Assembly (NCBI GenBank): GCA_032250835.1
Contig: JAVVEA010000007.1
Coordinates: 64,001-128,000, forward strand
Length of the DNA stretch: 64,000 nt
Direction: 5' to 3'
Source: a bacterium
GTDB taxonomy: Bacteria > SAR324 > XYD2-FULL-50-16
In this document: piece by piece, positions 10,168-19,562 of the stretch
Position numbering within the stretch: the stretch's first letter is position 1
Layout: each line of letters starts with the position of its first letter
Notes under the pieces: model-generated
Seen by the model: only the letters and a program-made list of their open reading frames with translations
Told to the model about the DNA's origin: nothing
Databases searched by the model: none
Program-made: the position numbers and the translations under genes

Positions 10168-10482
10168 ATGAAAAAGTTCTTCTTTTTGATGATCGCTCTG
10201 GCCGCTCCTATGGCCGCTTTTGCTGCTGAAGGCTCTGCCGACGCTAGCTTCTTGAAAGAATTTGGTTTGGCTTTGGGCGCTGCCCTGGCTATCGGTTTCG
10301 CCGCCGCCGGGGGTGGTATCGGTCAAGGTAAAGTAGGTGCTGCTGCACTCGAAGGGATTGCTCGCAACCCCGGTTCTGCAGACAAGATCTTTACCCCGAT
10401 GATCATCGGCCTCGCGCTGATCGAATCATTGGTGATCTACGCTTTGTTGATCGCGTTCATGCTCTTGAACAAAATCGGCTAG
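10168..10482 (+). CDS. atpE: F0 ATP synthase subunit c with N-terminal extension
   Basis: GGGIGQG, IARNP, ALIESLVIY motifs. Confidence 0.97.
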   Translation: MKKFFFLMIALAAPMAAFAAEGSADASFLKEFGLALGAALAIGFAAAGGGIGQGKVGAAALEGIARNPGSADKIFTPMIIGLALIESLVIYALLIAFMLLNKIG

Positions 10483-10523
10483 GTTCTTGGGCCCGCTCCG
10501 GCGGGCCTTTGAGCTCCCTCCTG

Positions 10524-12347
10524 ATGGCCCGTTCGACGGTCCAAACCCTGTTTCTTTGCGGTCTTTTCCTGCTGCTGACCGCCTGTGCGCCGCGCCGCGC
10601 GCCCAAACCAACACCGCCACTACCGCCCAAAATTCCGGCCGCCCAGCAGACCTCTTTACAAGAGGCCTACCAGAAAGCCCTCCCCTTCCTGCGCGCCAGT
10701 CCTAAGGTTGACCCCAATCTAAATTTCGACCAGCTCCGCCGCCAACTCCGCCAAGCCGCTAAGGGCCTGAGCAAGGCGCAGATCGAAGACGGGCTTTATT
10801 GGATCAAGCTAGTAGAGACGCAGCCCGCACCCCTAGCGGCCCTGGCGGGTTTGAGCTTGAAGGCCAGCGAACCGGTGGAAAAGGCCCATTGGACTCAAAG
10901 CGCCTCGGGAGCCATACTCCCGCCGGATTCCGCTAGCCTTTGGCGGCACTGCCGTTTGGCCTTTACCATGCAAAAGGGGGGTCAAGTCCATTTAGCCGCA
11001 GGATGGCAAAGCCCCGCCGCCTTGACTTGGCAGATGGCCCAAGGCCCAGGCTCGTTGCGGGCTTCGCTACAACGCTGGGGGCTGCCTGGCTATTCCCCCT
11101 TCCACTCGGCCCAACCGCCCTTGGCCTACAAAATAGACTCCGGCAACGCCAACGACCTAATCCAACTCTGCCGCCCCTTAGGCCTAGAGGCCCAGGGCCC
11201 TTTTCTACGTTTCATAGGCTTAGAGGCACTCTACCAGCCGATCTTGACCAAGCTCCCGCCGGAGCTGGCTGAACCTTTGCGTACCGGGCTCGAGCGGGCC
11301 TCCTTCTACCCCTCACCCGAAGGGTTGCGGGTGATTCTTTCGATGGGTTTTAAGGAGTCAAGCCTACAATGGGACCCAGCCTTGACGTTGCCCAAAAAGC
11401 AGGAGATGCGCGACCAGTTTTTGGCGGTACTCTCGACCACCGAGAGCAGTTGGGGTGCAGCATTGACCCAGATGGTCCTTTCTAAACGGTTGCTCAACCA
11501 AAAGGAACAACTAGCCACCGAGCTACGCCAGATTCTGGAGCCCAAAAAACGCTCCACAGAGTATGATTTTTATCGGTGGACCCGCAAGGCGAACCGGTTC
11601 TTAAAGGAGTTGCTCAAAGAACATGGCCAATTAGCCAAGCTGGGCAGCAAGTTTTTGGATATTGAAAAGAAATTGGGCCGCTTAGAAAAGGAGCCCCAGA
11701 CCTTTGGGCTCTTTCAGTTGAACGTCAACCACCTAGCCGAAAAGCTCGCCCGCCAACCCCGATTGGCCCGTCGCTTCGTTCCCGTCATGCCCCGAGGCCA
11801 GCCTGACCGAGACGCGCTGGTACGGTCTTTAAGCGGCCTGCCCCATGCGCCCTTGAATCTAGCGCAGACCTTTGAGTTGATCTTCCGCGCCGAGTTGGCC
11901 CCCCGCTACCGTGACCACCTGCGCGGCGAGCCAGGTGACCTCTATTACTTCGCCGCCGAGAACCTGACTGGTCCGCTCTCTACCTACCGTACCGCCATAC
12001 AGGCCCGCCTTTCTGAAACCTTACGGCGGCCCTTGACGCTAGACGGAGACTTGGCCTTTTCCCTGCCCTACAGCCGCCGCCTCGACCCCAAACGGCGCAG
12101 CAATAGCCAAAAGGCGCTGCTCGCCTTTGCCAAAAGCCGCGCCAAGGAGTTAAAAAACCCCGATAAGGAAGTCTTAAAACTGCTTAAAACCACCCGTTAC
12201 GACCAGCTAGCCCAAACACCGCTCTACCAATTATTGATGAAAGACCATCTGGGCGAGCGCCAGTACCCACAAATCAGTAGCGAGTTGTACCACCAAACGC
12301 CCCGTTCCTACGCCTCCCGAGTCCTCAAAGAAGCCCGCCAGTTCTAG
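10524..12347 (+). CDS. Lipoprotein with C-terminal DUF1615/YaiW-like region
   Basis: Lipobox LTAC; TESS, FGLFQL and LTLDGDL segments resemble YaiW/DUF1615 (from recall). Confidence 0.55.
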   Translation: MARSTVQTLFLCGLFLLLTACAPRRAPKPTPPLPPKIPAAQQTSLQEAYQKALPFLRASPKVDPNLNFDQLRRQLRQAAKGLSKAQIEDGLYWIKLVETQPAPLAALAGLSLKASEPVEKAHWTQSASGAILPPDSASLWRHCRLAFTMQKGGQVHLAAGWQSPAALTWQMAQGPGSLRASLQRWGLPGYSPFHSAQPPLAYKIDSGNANDLIQLCRPLGLEAQGPFLRFIGLEALYQPILTKLPPELAEPLRTGLERASFYPSPEGLRVILSMGFKESSLQWDPALTLPKKQEMRDQFLAVLSTTESSWGAALTQMVLSKRLLNQKEQLATELRQILEPKKRSTEYDFYRWTRKANRFLKELLKEHGQLAKLGSKFLDIEKKLGRLEKEPQTFGLFQLNVNHLAEKLARQPRLARRFVPVMPRGQPDRDALVRSLSGLPHAPLNLAQTFELIFRAELAPRYRDHLRGEPGDLYYFAAENLTGPLSTYRTAIQARLSETLRRPLTLDGDLAFSLPYSRRLDPKRRSNSQKALLAFAKSRAKELKNPDKEVLKLLKTTRYDQLAQTPLYQLLMKDHLGERQYPQISSELYHQTPRSYASRVLKEARQF

Positions 12348-12372
12348 ACCTACCGATTTTTTATTTTTTTAT

Positions 12373-12400
12373 TAAAGTTCCTCTAGCGCTGAACCGTAAA
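12373..12400 (+). promoter_or_regulatory. Possible sigma28-type promoter
   Basis: TAAAGTTC-N12-ACCGTAAA; one base longer than consensus TAAAGTTT-N11-GCCGATAA. Confidence 0.4.
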
Positions 12401-12463
12401 GGAGGTAGGCAAAGAAAACTACCTGGAACCCGTTGGCTACGGGACTTGCACTGAGGAGCAAAG

Positions 12464-12766
12464 ATGGAACGCGATATCCAAAGAATCAGAGAAACACTAG
12501 GGCAGATGGTCCAGCTCTCGTTGATGACCGATCGAACCTACCGCATGGCGGTCCGGTCCTTAGGCTCTTTCCACCTCAATTGGACCCACTTAAAAGATCA
12601 AGGCGAAGCCGACGTGCTCTGGGAGTACGAAGATGGCCGCCCGGTCCGGGTCACCTTGGAAAACCAAGACGAACAAATTGATGAATACTTCCGCCGGATG
12701 GGGATCGAAGCCTTTTGGCCCGGCGAACCAGAACCCACAGCGGCCGCAATCCGCCGCCACGCATAA
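12464..12766 (+). CDS. Hypothetical protein
   Basis: GAGGAG RBS, 100 aa, co-oriented with the next small gene. Confidence 0.7.
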   Translation: MERDIQRIRETLGQMVQLSLMTDRTYRMAVRSLGSFHLNWTHLKDQGEADVLWEYEDGRPVRVTLENQDEQIDEYFRRMGIEAFWPGEPEPTAAAIRRHA

Positions 12767-12777
12767 AAGGAGGCTTA

Positions 12778-12942
12778 ATGAACCAACGCAAACCGATGAG
12801 TTTCAGCAAGAAGTCCACCCGCGAAGAACTAGAACAGGCCATGTCCGACTTCCGCCAACGCGGCGGCCGGGTCCTCCGGGTAGAACCCAAATATGTCGAG
12901 GAGCCCGCTAAGCCGGGCTACATTTCCCGCAAACACCACTAA
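12778..12942 (+). CDS. Small SutA-like (RNA polymerase-binding motif) protein, 54 aa
   Basis: AGGAGG RBS before ATG 12778; REELEQAMSDFRQRGGRVLRVEP motif; followed by terminator. Confidence 0.65.
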   Translation: MNQRKPMSFSKKSTREELEQAMSDFRQRGGRVLRVEPKYVEEPAKPGYISRKHH

Positions 12943-12944
12943 AC

Positions 12945-12985
12945 AAAAAAAGCCCGACTCTTCAACCTTGTCGGGCTTTTTTTTT
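12945..12985. terminator. Bidirectional intrinsic terminator
   Basis: A-tract, AGCCCGAC/GTCGGGCT stem, T-tract; between convergent genes. Confidence 0.85.
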
Positions 12986-13003
12986 GTCCAAAAATCTAGT
13001 TCC

Positions 13004-14716
13004 TCACTCTACCTTAAAACTGGAAACCTGATCGCGCAGTTCATCGGCCATGCGCGAGAGGTCTTCGGTAGTCGCATCCACCTCGCCGATGGTCTGGGAA
13101 AGTTCGTTCATGGCCACGGCATTTTCGCGGCTGTTTCCGCTCAATTCACTGGCGGTGCTGGCCAGTTGGCCGGTGTGGCGGGCCTGCTCGTCGATCCGTT
13201 CCGCAATGTGGTCGATATGCTCAGATATCTGGCCCACCTGGGCGATGATGCCCTGTAAGATGTCGCCGGTCTGGGCGATCACTTCGGTGCCTTCTCGTAC
13301 ATTCGTATAAGAAACCTCGATCAGTTCCTGAATCCGGGTGGTCGAAGAAGCACTCCGCTCCGAGAGGCTACGGACCTCGTCAGCGACGACCGCAAACCCC
13401 TTGCCCACTTCCCCGGCTTTGGCCGCCTCAATGGCCGCGTTTAGGCTCAGTAGATTGGTCTGGTTGCTGATCTCGTTGATCACGTCCATAATCCCCAAAA
13501 TTTGTTTGGAGGATTCCTCAATCTTGCCAATCGATTGATTGGACGCTTGGACCGAAGCCGTTCCCCGCTGGGCTGCTTCACTGGCTTGCGAGCCAATCTG
13601 TTGGACTTGCGCAACCATCTCCCTGATCGCTTCTACCGACTGGGACATCTCCTGAACATTAGCGCTGGTCTGAGCTAAGGCGGTACTGGAACTTTCAATG
13701 CTCCGGTTGACTTCGGCCGTGGTCTTTTCGATCTCTACGGAGGTGGCGTGAAGCTCCTCGGAACTTGCGGCTAAATTGTTGGCCGTGCCGTCTAGTTCTT
13801 TAATGACCCCTTGGATACTTTCGATGAAGTGGTTGAACAGGACGCCCAATTTGCCCACTTCGTCGGCTTGGGTCACGGTCACACGTTTGGTCAGGTCTCG
13901 TTCCCCTTCGGCGATGTCGCGGAAGCAATCTTCCATCTGCTTGAGGGGCGCAAAAATCATCCGGTTGAGCATCCACCACAATACCGCCAGGATCACCGCT
14001 ACCATCAAAGCCAGCACCACAATATCTTGGATCAAGTGGGACCGCGCCACCGCTAGGGTGTGTTCCATGTCAAAGGCCACCGAGACCACCGCCATCACCT
14101 TCATCGGGTCGATTTGCATGTCTACGATGTGGCAGGAGGCGCAGGCCCCGATAAACTCGATCTCCTTACCCCGGAGGTTCACGGGCTGTTTGTCCATAAT
14201 GGCGACGCCAAAGACACCTCGGAAGACTTGAGTCCCCTTGGGGAACATCTCCTCGCTACCGTCCCAGGACACCACGCCGTAAAACTCACCACCTTCGGCC
14301 AAAACCTTGCGGTCTAGGCTATCCATCGGTGGCTGGCGGTAGTCATAGTCCCCGCGCCGCTCGATGTAGTCAGAGATCTTAGGCCCCCAGGAATACCAGA
14401 TAATCGTGTCTTCTAAGGTTTGGTTGAGCATCTGCATGGTCACGTCGAGACTGTCCGCACCGACTAACATCACATTATCCTGCACCTCTTTTGGTAGGTT
14501 GTAAAAGTGCTCTCCTAGTTGGTCACGTACGGCGGCACGGCTCCACATAAAGGTTTGGTTGGTCGCCGTATTGATTTTGACCACATTTTCTATCTGTACT
14601 CTAATCCGCTTGGTCACCTCATCAATCTGCCGGTTGTAACCCACCACTTCCTTGACCACAAAGGGCAAGACCAGAATCAGAAACATGGAAATAAAGATTT
14701 TTACTTTAATGGACAT
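13004..14716 (-). CDS. Methyl-accepting chemotaxis protein with periplasmic CxxCH
   Basis: TM-periplasmic-TM-HAMP layout; QTNLLSLNAAIEAAKAGEVGKGFAVVADEVR signalling hairpin; CASCH before TM2. Confidence 0.93.
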   Translation of the reverse strand: MSIKVKIFISMFLILVLPFVVKEVVGYNRQIDEVTKRIRVQIENVVKINTATNQTFMWSRAAVRDQLGEHFYNLPKEVQDNVMLVGADSLDVTMQMLNQTLEDTIIWYSWGPKISDYIERRGDYDYRQPPMDSLDRKVLAEGGEFYGVVSWDGSEEMFPKGTQVFRGVFGVAIMDKQPVNLRGKEIEFIGACASCHIVDMQIDPMKVMAVVSVAFDMEHTLAVARSHLIQDIVVLALMVAVILAVLWWMLNRMIFAPLKQMEDCFRDIAEGERDLTKRVTVTQADEVGKLGVLFNHFIESIQGVIKELDGTANNLAASSEELHATSVEIEKTTAEVNRSIESSSTALAQTSANVQEMSQSVEAIREMVAQVQQIGSQASEAAQRGTASVQASNQSIGKIEESSKQILGIMDVINEISNQTNLLSLNAAIEAAKAGEVGKGFAVVADEVRSLSERSASSTTRIQELIEVSYTNVREGTEVIAQTGDILQGIIAQVGQISEHIDHIAERIDEQARHTGQLASTASELSGNSRENAVAMNELSQTIGEVDATTEDLSRMADELRDQVSSFKVE

Positions 14717-14842
14717 AATTGGGAGCGGGCAAGGGTTAGCGTTTGGTTGATCCAGGACTCGGGCAAAAGACCTAGAAACCAAATTGGGCTATAACATAAG
14801 GTCCTGCCTCTGACCAGAAAAAAGCCCTTAAAGGCTTTCCCA

Positions 14843-16375
14843 CTATTGGTTGGCTAAAAAATCAGGCCTCGGCGGGGAATCGGTTAGCCGCAAGTTTAGG
14901 GGGGCCATAGCTTCCCATTTGAGCTGTAATTGTTGCCCCTTTCGGCCCTCAACCTCAAGCTCTAGAAGCACCTCACCTACTTGGCGCAGCTTCACCTTCA
15001 TGCTTTTGGGAGCCACAAAAGACAACCGAGTGGAGCCCGACCAGTCTTCGGGCATCAGGAACCAGAAGCGCCCTTTGGTGGGGACTTCTGTTTGGTCCTT
15101 TAAATAATACCCATGGTACCCCTGTAAAGCAGGCGGCACACAAAGCGGGGCTTGGTTGGTGATCGGTCCTTCGGGCCCCGGAGGCATCACCACCACCTGA
15201 AACCTGCGCCCCCCAGAAAGCTTAAAGTGCAGGCGCCCACAAAGGTCCCCCGCTGGAGTCAAGGCCAGAGTGTTTTTATCTTCCCAGTCCAATTCGGCGC
15301 GGACTCCTTCACGAGCGGACCAGTCAAGGTTTCCAAAGGTCGGGTGGGCCGTACTAGGAGGCAAAAACAAGCTCACCGATTGCCCCGGAGTGACCGCTAC
15401 CCATTCACCCTGCCCCTTAATGTTTAAGCGGTCGAAGCGAGTGGCTTTCACCTGAAACCCCCAGCGCCGTTCGACCAGCAAACCATCGGCCCGGTATCGC
15501 ACTTGTACCTGATAAGACCCGCCCCATTTCAGTCGGTCTTGGGGGAAGAGGGCGTGCTGGTGTTGGTTCAACTTTTGGTTGGGGTCGGTGGAGGCGTTCA
15601 GGACCGGCAAACAGTCGACCTCCTGTCCCTGGGCATCAAACAGTTTCCAAAACTCGATCTTCGGTGGCGTCTTGAAGCGGGCGGGGTTGAAGGCGATGGT
15701 CACCGGGTAACCGGAGTAATAACGGTCCGGAAGGGGGTCCGGCGTCTCTTCAAAAAAGGCCGGAGGCACCAGCGCCCCTTCGGCTGGCCAAATCACCATG
15801 CGCGGGGCCTTCGCTAAAGAACTATCTAAAGCCTCCTGCCAAAGGCTCAAGGACACCCAGGCACTACCCCCGCAAACTCCCCGGTTGCCGGTTTTGGTTA
15901 ACTGGGTGTTTTGGCACAATGACTCGGTCAGTGCACTCCCCATCAGGTACACAAAACTCCCGCTTGGACCGCTGCCCGAACGGGCCAACCCTATTTTATC
16001 CATGCCGGGGTCCAAGAAGGCGAAGCGGTGGTAGATCGCCGCCATCAAGCCCTCTAAGGATTCCGGCCAATTAGACTGGCCCCGCGAAAAGTTTTCCCGC
16101 ACCGCGCGGGCCGGCCAAGCCCTGACCAAGGCCCGCTGCCCCGGCGTTTCGCCAGTAAAGCCCGGATCGCCAGGGTCCTGAAGGTGATCCAAACGTTGGC
16201 CTAGCGTGAGGTAGTGGGCTTGGTCCGCGGCGGCGCGGCTGAGGGGTTCGGCCAGTTCAAAGGGGGGTAAACCCGCCAAGCGGCGCATCTCGTTGAGTTG
16301 CTCCAAGGCTTCGGGCTCGGCCCGCAACAGACCGGGAACCAGCAACAATAAACAGAGTCCAGCCCACCGATTCAT
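14843..16375 (-). CDS. CAP (SCP-like) domain exported protein
   Basis: Signal peptide; LNEMRRLAGL...AIYHRFAFLDP CAP-like motifs. Confidence 0.75.
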   Translation of the reverse strand: MNRWAGLCLLLLVPGLLRAEPEALEQLNEMRRLAGLPPFELAEPLSRAAADQAHYLTLGQRLDHLQDPGDPGFTGETPGQRALVRAWPARAVRENFSRGQSNWPESLEGLMAAIYHRFAFLDPGMDKIGLARSGSGPSGSFVYLMGSALTESLCQNTQLTKTGNRGVCGGSAWVSLSLWQEALDSSLAKAPRMVIWPAEGALVPPAFFEETPDPLPDRYYSGYPVTIAFNPARFKTPPKIEFWKLFDAQGQEVDCLPVLNASTDPNQKLNQHQHALFPQDRLKWGGSYQVQVRYRADGLLVERRWGFQVKATRFDRLNIKGQGEWVAVTPGQSVSLFLPPSTAHPTFGNLDWSAREGVRAELDWEDKNTLALTPAGDLCGRLHFKLSGGRRFQVVVMPPGPEGPITNQAPLCVPPALQGYHGYYLKDQTEVPTKGRFWFLMPEDWSGSTRLSFVAPKSMKVKLRQVGEVLLELEVEGRKGQQLQLKWEAMAPLNLRLTDSPPRPDFLANQ

Positions 16376-17790
16376 CGCGCCCTAGCCAAAAATTGCTCTA
16401 CCGTGCGGCCCGAGGGTTTGTCATGGTCATAGAGCCCCGCAAAACGCAAAAACTCGGGCCAAAGCTCCTGAGTACGTTCCCCCAAGCCATACCGCCCGGC
16501 CAGAAAATCGAAGAGTCCGCGCAGTTCCTCGAAGACCGGCCGATCGAAGTGCAGCTTCAACCCAAAGCGGTCGCCCAAGGCGCGGACCTCATCTTCTAGC
16601 TGGCGCTGCTCGGGTAGTTGGTGGTCCAACTGGCCCGCCTGGACCAAGTCCTTTTTGTTGGACGTCGCCAAGAGCCAAAGGTTCTCGGGGAGTTGCTGCA
16701 ACGAGCCCTCAAAGGCGCTCTTGAGTGCTTTAAATTCCGGGTTGTGGGGCTCAAAACCAAAATCATCTAAAAAGACCACGAACCGTTCCGGTGCACCTTG
16801 TATCCTCGAAAAAAGATGTGGCAAGGCGGCTACGTCCTTCTGGGCTACTTCAATCAGCCGCAGGCCCCGTTCAGCATACTCGGCCAACAGCGCCAAGGCA
16901 CAGCTGGATTTACCCATGCCCCTTGCGCCCCAAAGCAAAACATGGGCACAGGGCGCTCCGGCCAAAAAACGCTCCGCCTCCTGACGCAGCCGTTCGGCGG
17001 CGCGGTCGATGCCAAAGAGGGCGGCAAAGTCGATCTTCTTTTTCGGTGCCTCTCCTTGCAATGCCCAGCGGCCTTTAGTATCTTGGCGGTAGAGAAAGGC
17101 GCGGTGGCGGCTGAAGGGCCCTCCCGAATGGTTTTGCCAGAAAGCCTCAAGCCGCAAGCCCAACTGCTGGGCATCGGTAGATTCTAAAAGACCGTCCAGG
17201 GCTTTTAAAGCTAAGGCGTCCCCAGCCGCTACCGCTCGCTTCAGGCCCGCAGGTTCGGGCCTAGGGCCCAAGCCTTGTTGGTTGAGCGCCAACTCACACA
17301 AATTGAGTAGCCCTAAAAAAAGGTCCTTCGGGTGCCGCTGGGCGGCACACCAGATCAGTTCATAGACCGGGAGCCGCTCAGAGCCGCTCAGGTTTAATTG
17401 GGCATAAAACCGCTGGTCCGCCGCCCGGTCGGTCAAAAAATCTGGCCAAGCGTCACCGGTCAGGGGGGGAGCGGCATTCAGGATCTGGCCCCGTAGCCGG
17501 GCCCACTGGGCAAAGAGCCCCCTAGGTTGGCGCAGTTGATCAGAAAGGAAGGCAGACTGGCGCAGCAAAAGAGCATCCATCCCCTGACGGGTTTTGGTTT
17601 TCCATTGGAGCAATAGTTCTTCTTCTAAGGCCTGGGCAAAGTCGAGGAACAACAGCAGCGGGTCGCCGGGCTCTAAACAAGCCGGTAGCCCCAAGACTCC
17701 GGCCCGGTCCAGCAGTTGGCCCAGATAATCGAGCAATCCTTCAAAGGCCTGATCGATGCTGGCTTGGTCCCAAGATTGATTTACATTCAC
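16372..17790 (-). CDS. DUF815 family AAA+ ATPase
   Basis: HVLLWGARGMGKSS Walker A, VVFLDD Walker B, ATSN, DRFGL and SGR motifs. Confidence 0.85.
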   Translation of the reverse strand: MNVNQSWDQASIDQAFEGLLDYLGQLLDRAGVLGLPACLEPGDPLLLFLDFAQALEEELLLQWKTKTRQGMDALLLRQSAFLSDQLRQPRGLFAQWARLRGQILNAAPPLTGDAWPDFLTDRAADQRFYAQLNLSGSERLPVYELIWCAAQRHPKDLFLGLLNLCELALNQQGLGPRPEPAGLKRAVAAGDALALKALDGLLESTDAQQLGLRLEAFWQNHSGGPFSRHRAFLYRQDTKGRWALQGEAPKKKIDFAALFGIDRAAERLRQEAERFLAGAPCAHVLLWGARGMGKSSCALALLAEYAERGLRLIEVAQKDVAALPHLFSRIQGAPERFVVFLDDFGFEPHNPEFKALKSAFEGSLQQLPENLWLLATSNKKDLVQAGQLDHQLPEQRQLEDEVRALGDRFGLKLHFDRPVFEELRGLFDFLAGRYGLGERTQELWPEFLRFAGLYDHDKPSGRTVEQFLARAR

Positions 17791-17817
17791 CCTTAACCTC
17801 GTTTATGGAACGCGCCC

Positions 17818-19266
17818 ATGAATATCCGCTTTAAGCCCCTCAAACCCACCAAGAATCTGGTCGTTTTTTTTGACGCGAAAAAACACCTCTTGCTGCCCGA
17901 GGACTGGCCCAAAGAATGGACCCAGGCTTGGAAAAACTACCTCAAGCTGCCGGAGATCAAAGGAGAATCATCGGGGGTACACCGGCTTTTTGGGGAATTG
18001 TCCGAACGGGTCTATTTAGTGGGTCTGGGCAAAGCTCCGGTGATGCGCGAGCTAGGTGCCCAACTAGGCAAGCAACTGCAACAAACCGAATTTTCAGACC
18101 TCGCCTTAGCCCTGCCAAGTGACCGGAAACACCCTATTTCTAACGGCTTTGAGGCGTTTCTGGAAGGCTTTTTCTTAGCCCGCTACCGCTACCAGGAATA
18201 CAAAACCAAAGACCAGCCGAAAGACCAACTCAAAACCTTGACCCTCTTAGCGCCTAAGTCCAAAGAGCTGGAATCAGCAGGCCAAAAGGCTTGGATCTTG
18301 GCCGAAGCAACCAACGAGGCTCGGGACCTTTGCAACCGGCCGGGTAATTTAATGACCCCAACGCACCTCAAAGCTGCCTGCCAAGCGATGGCCAAGTCGG
18401 TCGGGCTCAGCTTCAGCGCCTTAACCGAAACCCAAATGGCCAAAGAAGGGATGGGGTGTCTCTTAGGGGTCTCCAAGGGATCCGAGGAGCCTGCCTTCCT
18501 CAACATCCTGCAATACAAAGGCGGCGGGGCCAAAGCGCCGACCTTGATGTTAGTCGGCAAGGGCCTGACCTTTGATGCGGGCGGCATCTCGCTGAAGCCC
18601 GCCGCCAACATGCACGAGATGAAATTTGACATGTGCGGCGGCGCGGCGGTTTATGGGGCCATGAAGATCATCGCCCAATTGGGGCCTAAGGTGAACGTAG
18701 TGGCCTTAATCCCTTCGAGCGAAAACCTACCTAGTGGGAGCGCCACCAAGCCCGGCGACATCTTGACTGCTTGCAACGGGACTACCGTAGAGGTGCAAAA
18801 CACCGATGCCGAAGGCCGTCTAATCTTGGCCGATGCCTTGGCTTATGGCCTCAAGCGGTTTAAGCCCGACGCGGTGGTGGACATTGCCACCCTGACCGGG
18901 GCCTGCGTGGTGGCTTTGGGGCATTACCACAGCGGCTTACAATCAAGCAGCGAATCGCTGGCCAAACAGATCGAAAAAGCCAGCCAGCAAACCGGTGACC
19001 CCGTCTGGCGCATGCCCCATGCCGATATTTATGACAAAGACTTGGACGGTACGGTCAGTGATCTGAAGAATATTGGCAGCAAAGGGGCGGGGATGATCAC
19101 CGCCGGGCTTTTTCTCAAGCGCTTTGTGGGCAAAACGCCCTGGGCCCATATCGATATCGCCGGGACCGCCTGGGGCGGCGACCGCATCCCCTTTTATCCC
19201 GCCCAAGGAGCCAGCGGCACCGCCGTGCGCCTCTTGGCCGAATTGGCGGTCCATTTTAAGCGGTAA
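17818..19266 (+). CDS. pepA: Leucyl aminopeptidase (M17)
   Basis: GKGLTFDAGGISLK, MKFDMCG and NTDAEGRL motifs. Confidence 0.95.
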   Translation: MNIRFKPLKPTKNLVVFFDAKKHLLLPEDWPKEWTQAWKNYLKLPEIKGESSGVHRLFGELSERVYLVGLGKAPVMRELGAQLGKQLQQTEFSDLALALPSDRKHPISNGFEAFLEGFFLARYRYQEYKTKDQPKDQLKTLTLLAPKSKELESAGQKAWILAEATNEARDLCNRPGNLMTPTHLKAACQAMAKSVGLSFSALTETQMAKEGMGCLLGVSKGSEEPAFLNILQYKGGGAKAPTLMLVGKGLTFDAGGISLKPAANMHEMKFDMCGGAAVYGAMKIIAQLGPKVNVVALIPSSENLPSGSATKPGDILTACNGTTVEVQNTDAEGRLILADALAYGLKRFKPDAVVDIATLTGACVVALGHYHSGLQSSSESLAKQIEKASQQTGDPVWRMPHADIYDKDLDGTVSDLKNIGSKGAGMITAGLFLKRFVGKTPWAHIDIAGTAWGGDRIPFYPAQGASGTAVRLLAELAVHFKR

Positions 19267-19268
19267 CG

Positions 19269-19562
19269 ATGCCTCAAATCACCACGCCCGCAGCGCAGGG
19301 CGGCGATAAATGTTATCTCTGTGGGCGCGAATTTTCCTCCGAAGAGCCGGGTGTTTTGCGCCCGGTCTTGATCGCCCAAGGCGATGCCCAGGGTATCCGA
19401 GAAAGTGGGCACCAACAAACCACTATCATCACCCTGCGCTCCGAGCGCCGCATTTGCAAAGACTGCGACCGCCCTCGCCAAGGCCCCCGTTGGTGGGCTT
19501 TGGCGGGGTTGCTGTTGGGGTTATCCCTGGCACTGGGCCTATTTTTGTATTGGCGTCAGTAG
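19269..19562 (+). CDS. Small membrane-anchored protein with two CxxC pairs
   Basis: CYLC...CKDC plus C-terminal TM; starts 2 bp after pepA stop. Confidence 0.55.
   Translation: MPQITTPAAQGGDKCYLCGREFSSEEPGVLRPVLIAQGDAQGIRESGHQQTTIITLRSERRICKDCDRPRQGPRWWALAGLLLGLSLALGLFLYWRQ

Noticed and set aside
12433-12450. TTGGCTACGGGACTTGCA as a sigma54 promoter
   Set aside because: Spacing is 11 nt
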